DNA from: an uncultured Gemmatimonadales bacterium
Lineage (GTDB): Bacteria; Gemmatimonadota; Gemmatimonadetes; Longimicrobiales; RSA9
Direction of reading: 5' to 3'
Length of the DNA: 64,000 nucleotides
Assembly: GCA_963783305.1 (NCBI GenBank)
Contig: CAWAMW010000015.1
Span: 256,001-320,000 of the forward strand
Numbering within the stretch: position 1 is the stretch's first letter; each line of letters begins with the position of its first letter. The notes under the pieces were generated by a model. It was not told the origin of the DNA. It worked only from the letters and a program-made list of their open reading frames with translations, and did not search any database. Positions 60,439 through 64,000 of the stretch are shown here, one piece after another. The translations under genes were made by a program, and so were the position numbers.

Positions 60439-61827
60439 GTGAAGACGATTATAGAGCCGTTCAAGATCAAGGCGGTGGAGCCGATCCGGATGACCACGCG
60501 TGCGGAGCGGATCGCGCGGCTGGAGGAGGCGGGGTACAACGTCTTCCTGCTGAAGGCGGAGGACGTGCTGATCGACCTGCTGACGGACAGCGGCACGTCG
60601 GCGATGAGCGCGGAGCAGTGGGCGGCGATCATGCGCGGGGACGAGGCGTACGCCGGGTCGCGTTCATTCTACCGACTGGAAGCGCGGGTACGGGAGCTGT
60701 TCGGCTTCAAGCACCTGATCCCGACCCACCAGGGTCGTGCGGCGGAGCGGATCCTGTTCAGCACGGTGTGCGCGGAGGGCGATGTCGTGCCGAACAACAC
60801 GCATTTCGATACGACGCGAGCGAACATCGAGGCGCGAGGCGCGCGCGCGGTGGACCTGCCGACGCCACGGGCCCGGGACCGGCAGACGCCGGCGCCGTTC
60901 AAGGGCGACATGGACGTGGACGGACTGCGTCGTCTGATCGACGAAGTGGGCGCGGAGCGGATCCCCATCTGCATGCTCACGGTGACGAACAACAGCGGCG
61001 GCGGGCAGCCGGTCTCCATGGCGAACATCCGGGAGGTGAGCGAGGTCTGCGGCGAGCACGGGATCCCGTTCTACATCGACGCGTGCCGGTTCGCCGAGAA
61101 CGCGTACCTGATCAAGCTGAACGAGGAGGGTCAGGGGGAGCGGTCGGTGGAAGAGATCGCCCGTGAGATGTTCTCGTACGCGGACGGCTGCACGTTCAGC
61201 GCGAAGAAGGACGGGCTGGCGAACATTGGCGGGTTCGTGGCCACGAACGACGACCGGCTGGCGGAGCAGGAGAAGGACCTGCTCATCCTGACGGAGGGGT
61301 TCCCGACGTACGGCGGGCTGGCCGGTCGGGACCTGGAGGCGATCGCCGTGGGTCTCCACGAGGTGGTGGACGAGGACTACCTGGAGTACCGTCTGGCGAG
61401 CGTGCGCTACCTGGGCGAGCACATCAGCGAGGCGGGCGTGCCGATCATCCAGCCGCCGGGCGGTCACGCCGTCTACATCGACGCCGGGGCGTTCCTCCCG
61501 CACCTGGACGCGCTGGACCTCCCTGGTCAGGCGCTGACCGCGGAGCTCTACGTGGAGGGCGGGATCCGGGGGGTGGAGATCGGCACGGTGATGTTCGGTC
61601 GGCGCGACCCGGAGACGGGCGAGGAGGTGCCGGGTCCGATGGAGCTGGTGCGGCTGACGATCCCGCGCCGGGTCTACACCCAGAGCCACATGGACTACGT
61701 GATCGAGGTGATCCTGCAGGTGTTCGAGCGGCGGGAGGCGATCGGCGGGTTCCGGTTCACGCACCAGGCGAACGTGCTGCGACACTTCACCGCTCGTTTC
61801 GAGCCCGCGTACGCGTTCGGGAGCTGA
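60439..61827 (+). CDS. tnaA: Tryptophanase (beta-eliminating lyase)
   Basis: DLLTDSGT, THQGRAAE, SAKKD PLP lysine, LRHFTA (His as in tryptophanase, not Phe as in TPL). Confidence 0.85.
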   Translation: MKTIIEPFKIKAVEPIRMTTRAERIARLEEAGYNVFLLKAEDVLIDLLTDSGTSAMSAEQWAAIMRGDEAYAGSRSFYRLEARVRELFGFKHLIPTHQGRAAERILFSTVCAEGDVVPNNTHFDTTRANIEARGARAVDLPTPRARDRQTPAPFKGDMDVDGLRRLIDEVGAERIPICMLTVTNNSGGGQPVSMANIREVSEVCGEHGIPFYIDACRFAENAYLIKLNEEGQGERSVEEIAREMFSYADGCTFSAKKDGLANIGGFVATNDDRLAEQEKDLLILTEGFPTYGGLAGRDLEAIAVGLHEVVDEDYLEYRLASVRYLGEHISEAGVPIIQPPGGHAVYIDAGAFLPHLDALDLPGQALTAELYVEGGIRGVEIGTVMFGRRDPETGEEVPGPMELVRLTIPRRVYTQSHMDYVIEVILQVFERREAIGGFRFTHQANVLRHFTARFEPAYAFGS

Positions 61828-61834
61828 GGCCATC

Positions 61835-62455
61835 GTGCCCGGGCTGCCGTTCGAGTTCGACTACATCAGCCGGCGCCGGTCGTTCCGGGCGCTGGGCGAG
61901 CTCGCGCGGCGGGCGTACGGGGAATCGCCCCGGAGCACTACGCTGGATGAGACGATCTGGCGCGCGTTCCCGCGGGGCTACGTGGGCGGCTGGATCGGCG
62001 GCACACTCCGCGGCTGCATCCAGCTCTGGCCGCTGGACGCGCACCGCGCCGGCGACTTCCTCATCGGGGCGCGCAGCGAGCGCGAGCTGACGGAGGACGA
62101 CCTGGCGACGGTCTGCAACAGCGTCCGCACCGTGTGGTACTTCTCTGCGCTGCTGCTGGACCCGGAATGGCGCGGCCGCGGCCTCGGCGCCCACCTCTTC
62201 GCGGAGGCCATGGTGCGCTGGGAGCGGGACCTCACGTGGCGGGCCCCCGTCCGGTTCGCGGCGCTGACCACCACCCCGGAGGGCGCGAGCTTCGCGCGCG
62301 GGTTCGGGATGGAGCAGGTGCGACCGGGGACCGAGACCGCCGATGGGTTCCCCATGTTCGCGCGTACGTTCGGGGTCGAGGCGGACCTGGCGGTGGTGGT
62401 GCGGTCCGCCCGCGACGCCGCGGACCGGAAGGGCCGGCTGGTCCTGGCGCCGTGA
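61835..62455 (+). CDS. GNAT-like protein
   Basis: LDPEWRGRGLG acetyl-CoA-binding motif. Confidence 0.6.
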   Translation: MPGLPFEFDYISRRRSFRALGELARRAYGESPRSTTLDETIWRAFPRGYVGGWIGGTLRGCIQLWPLDAHRAGDFLIGARSERELTEDDLATVCNSVRTVWYFSALLLDPEWRGRGLGAHLFAEAMVRWERDLTWRAPVRFAALTTTPEGASFARGFGMEQVRPGTETADGFPMFARTFGVEADLAVVVRSARDAADRKGRLVLAP

Positions 62456-63225
62456 CCGCGGACCGGGCCGGTCCGGCCGGGCTGGTGGAACGCTACCGCG
62501 CCGCGCGCCGCGATCGCACGCTGGCCGTGCTGGAGGGGCTCCACGCGCTCAAACACGCCCTCCGCTTCGGGGCGGAGATCCTGGACGCACGGAGCCGGGA
62601 CCCGGCGCTGCTCCGGGAGCTGGCCGGGGATCTGGCGCCCGACGCGGTGGACCGGATCGCGGAGCTGGCGGCGCCACTGGATCTCGCGACGTTCAATCGC
62701 CTGGCCCGCGCACCCCACCCCACCGGTGTGATCGCCCTGGCGCGGCGGCCGGTCTTCGACCTGTCCGCGGTGCTCGATGCACCGGATCCGTCGCCCGTGG
62801 TGCTGCTGGAGCGACCGACGCATCACGGCAACATCGGCGCGGTGGTGCGGGTGGCGGCGGCGGCGGGTGCGGCGAGCCTCCTGACGACGGGTGCGCACGA
62901 TCCGTGGCACCCGTCATCGATCCGCGGTGGGGCCGGGCTGCAGTTCGCTCTGCCGGTGGACCGGCTGGAGCCGGACGGGGTGGAGGCGGTGCTGGAATGC
63001 GGCCGGCCGATCATCGCGCTGGATCCCGGGGGCGAGCCGGCGGCGTTTCCGCTCGTGCTGCCGGACCGGGCTGTCGTGGCGTTCGGCTCCGAGCGGACCG
63101 GCGTGAGCCGCGCCCTGCTCGACCGTGCGGACCGGCGGATCTCCCTCCCCATGCGACCGGGCGTCTCCAGCCTGAACCTCGCCACCTCGGTGGCCGTCAC
63201 GCTGTACTTGCGGCGGGCGGGGTGA
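62452..63225 (+). CDS. TrmH/SpoU RNA methyltransferase
   Basis: GNIGAVVR, FGSERTG, SSLNLATS. Confidence 0.9.
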   Translation: MTADRAGPAGLVERYRAARRDRTLAVLEGLHALKHALRFGAEILDARSRDPALLRELAGDLAPDAVDRIAELAAPLDLATFNRLARAPHPTGVIALARRPVFDLSAVLDAPDPSPVVLLERPTHHGNIGAVVRVAAAAGAASLLTTGAHDPWHPSSIRGGAGLQFALPVDRLEPDGVEAVLECGRPIIALDPGGEPAAFPLVLPDRAVVAFGSERTGVSRALLDRADRRISLPMRPGVSSLNLATSVAVTLYLRRAG

Positions 63226-63329
63226 GGGTGCCACCCGGACTGCCACCCGGACGGTGCACCCATCGCCGGTTATGGCGCATGCGAACATGCCGTGCCCCCA
63301 GTGCACGGTGGGCAGGCGCTGCACCACTC

Positions 63330-63830
63330 CTAGATCGACCTGCGCACTACTTCTGAGACGGCGGACTCGGAGAGATCCAGGAAACGGGCGATCTCAACAT
63401 TCCGGTAGCCAACTGCGTGCAGGCGGCGGATTATCGCGTGGCGAGCGCGGCTCCGGGCCCGGCCGCCGCAACGCCCGCGGACCGATTCGAGCGAGACACC
63501 CGGCAACTCACGAGAGAGCGTGCTCAGCGCCACCGTCGCCAGATCCGGAAGCGCTACCTCTGGCGCTCTTCCCGACCCCGCACTGGGCCCCCGCGGTCTC
63601 CACCGAACGAATGCCCGGTAGTCGTCGCGGAGCTGTCTGGTCGAACGGGTCGTCCCGCTGGCGAACAGGGGGAGCGCGAGTGCAGCGTCGAGTACGGGGG
63701 CAAGTCGCGCCGCGTCCCGCGAAAGAGCTCCACTGGACGAGGATCCGTACAGTTCGTGTGACGTCCACGGGTACCGTGACGGATCGGCGCAGAGCCCGGC
63801 GCGCACGGGGTTGAGGTGCGTGTAGATAAG
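63330..63830 (-). pseudogene. REP-associated tyrosine transposase (RAYT/Y1) remnant
   Basis: Manual extension IYTHLNPVRAGLCADPSRYPWTSH, C-terminal HTH; no HUH motif found. Confidence 0.75.
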
Positions 63831-64000
63831 GTCGTCTTTGTCGTCCCGTGCGACTGACGATGCCGCGGGATTCGGGGCGGGACCATGCCTCGATGCGCCA
63901 GAACCGGCGACCGGTGCACCGTCCGGGGGTTAACGTCCGGGGGTTAGCGCGAGACGCTGCCCCAGATCCGCGCCAGCCCCGCCGCCGCGACAACAGCCAC

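Overview
High-GC bacterial chromosome segment; the gene content (SusC/SusD, PilSR-like pair, short pilins) suggests a Gemmatimonadota-like organism (inference). 1-35.3 kb is mostly core or envelope genes: a sigma54/PilSR type IV pilin locus, a TolB-BamA-like protein, acetate-CoA ligase, cardiolipin synthase, mpl, a multiheme cytochrome, ettA, MFS, SusC/D and peptidases. The main feature is an atypical integron-like platform at 35.4-45.7 kb. A tyrosine recombinase that lacks the IntI-specific insertion and carries an N-terminal HARP-like domain is followed, on the same strand, by a hairpin attI-like site and 14 gene cassettes separated by 13 branched attC-like repeats of about 150 bp. The two ends of every cassette are reverse complements over 12-19 bp, with an invariant A/C mismatch at position 11. 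A co-oriented accessory gene run without att sites follows (46-56.5 kb) and includes a probable OsmC-like selenoprotein (in-frame TGA plus SECIS-like hairpin). The window ends with an M28 peptidase, a GGDEF protein, tryptophanase, a TrmH methyltransferase and a RAYT-like remnant flanked by inverted repeats. Several core genes are frameshifted, possibly by assembly indels. All calls are by eye; no database searches were run.
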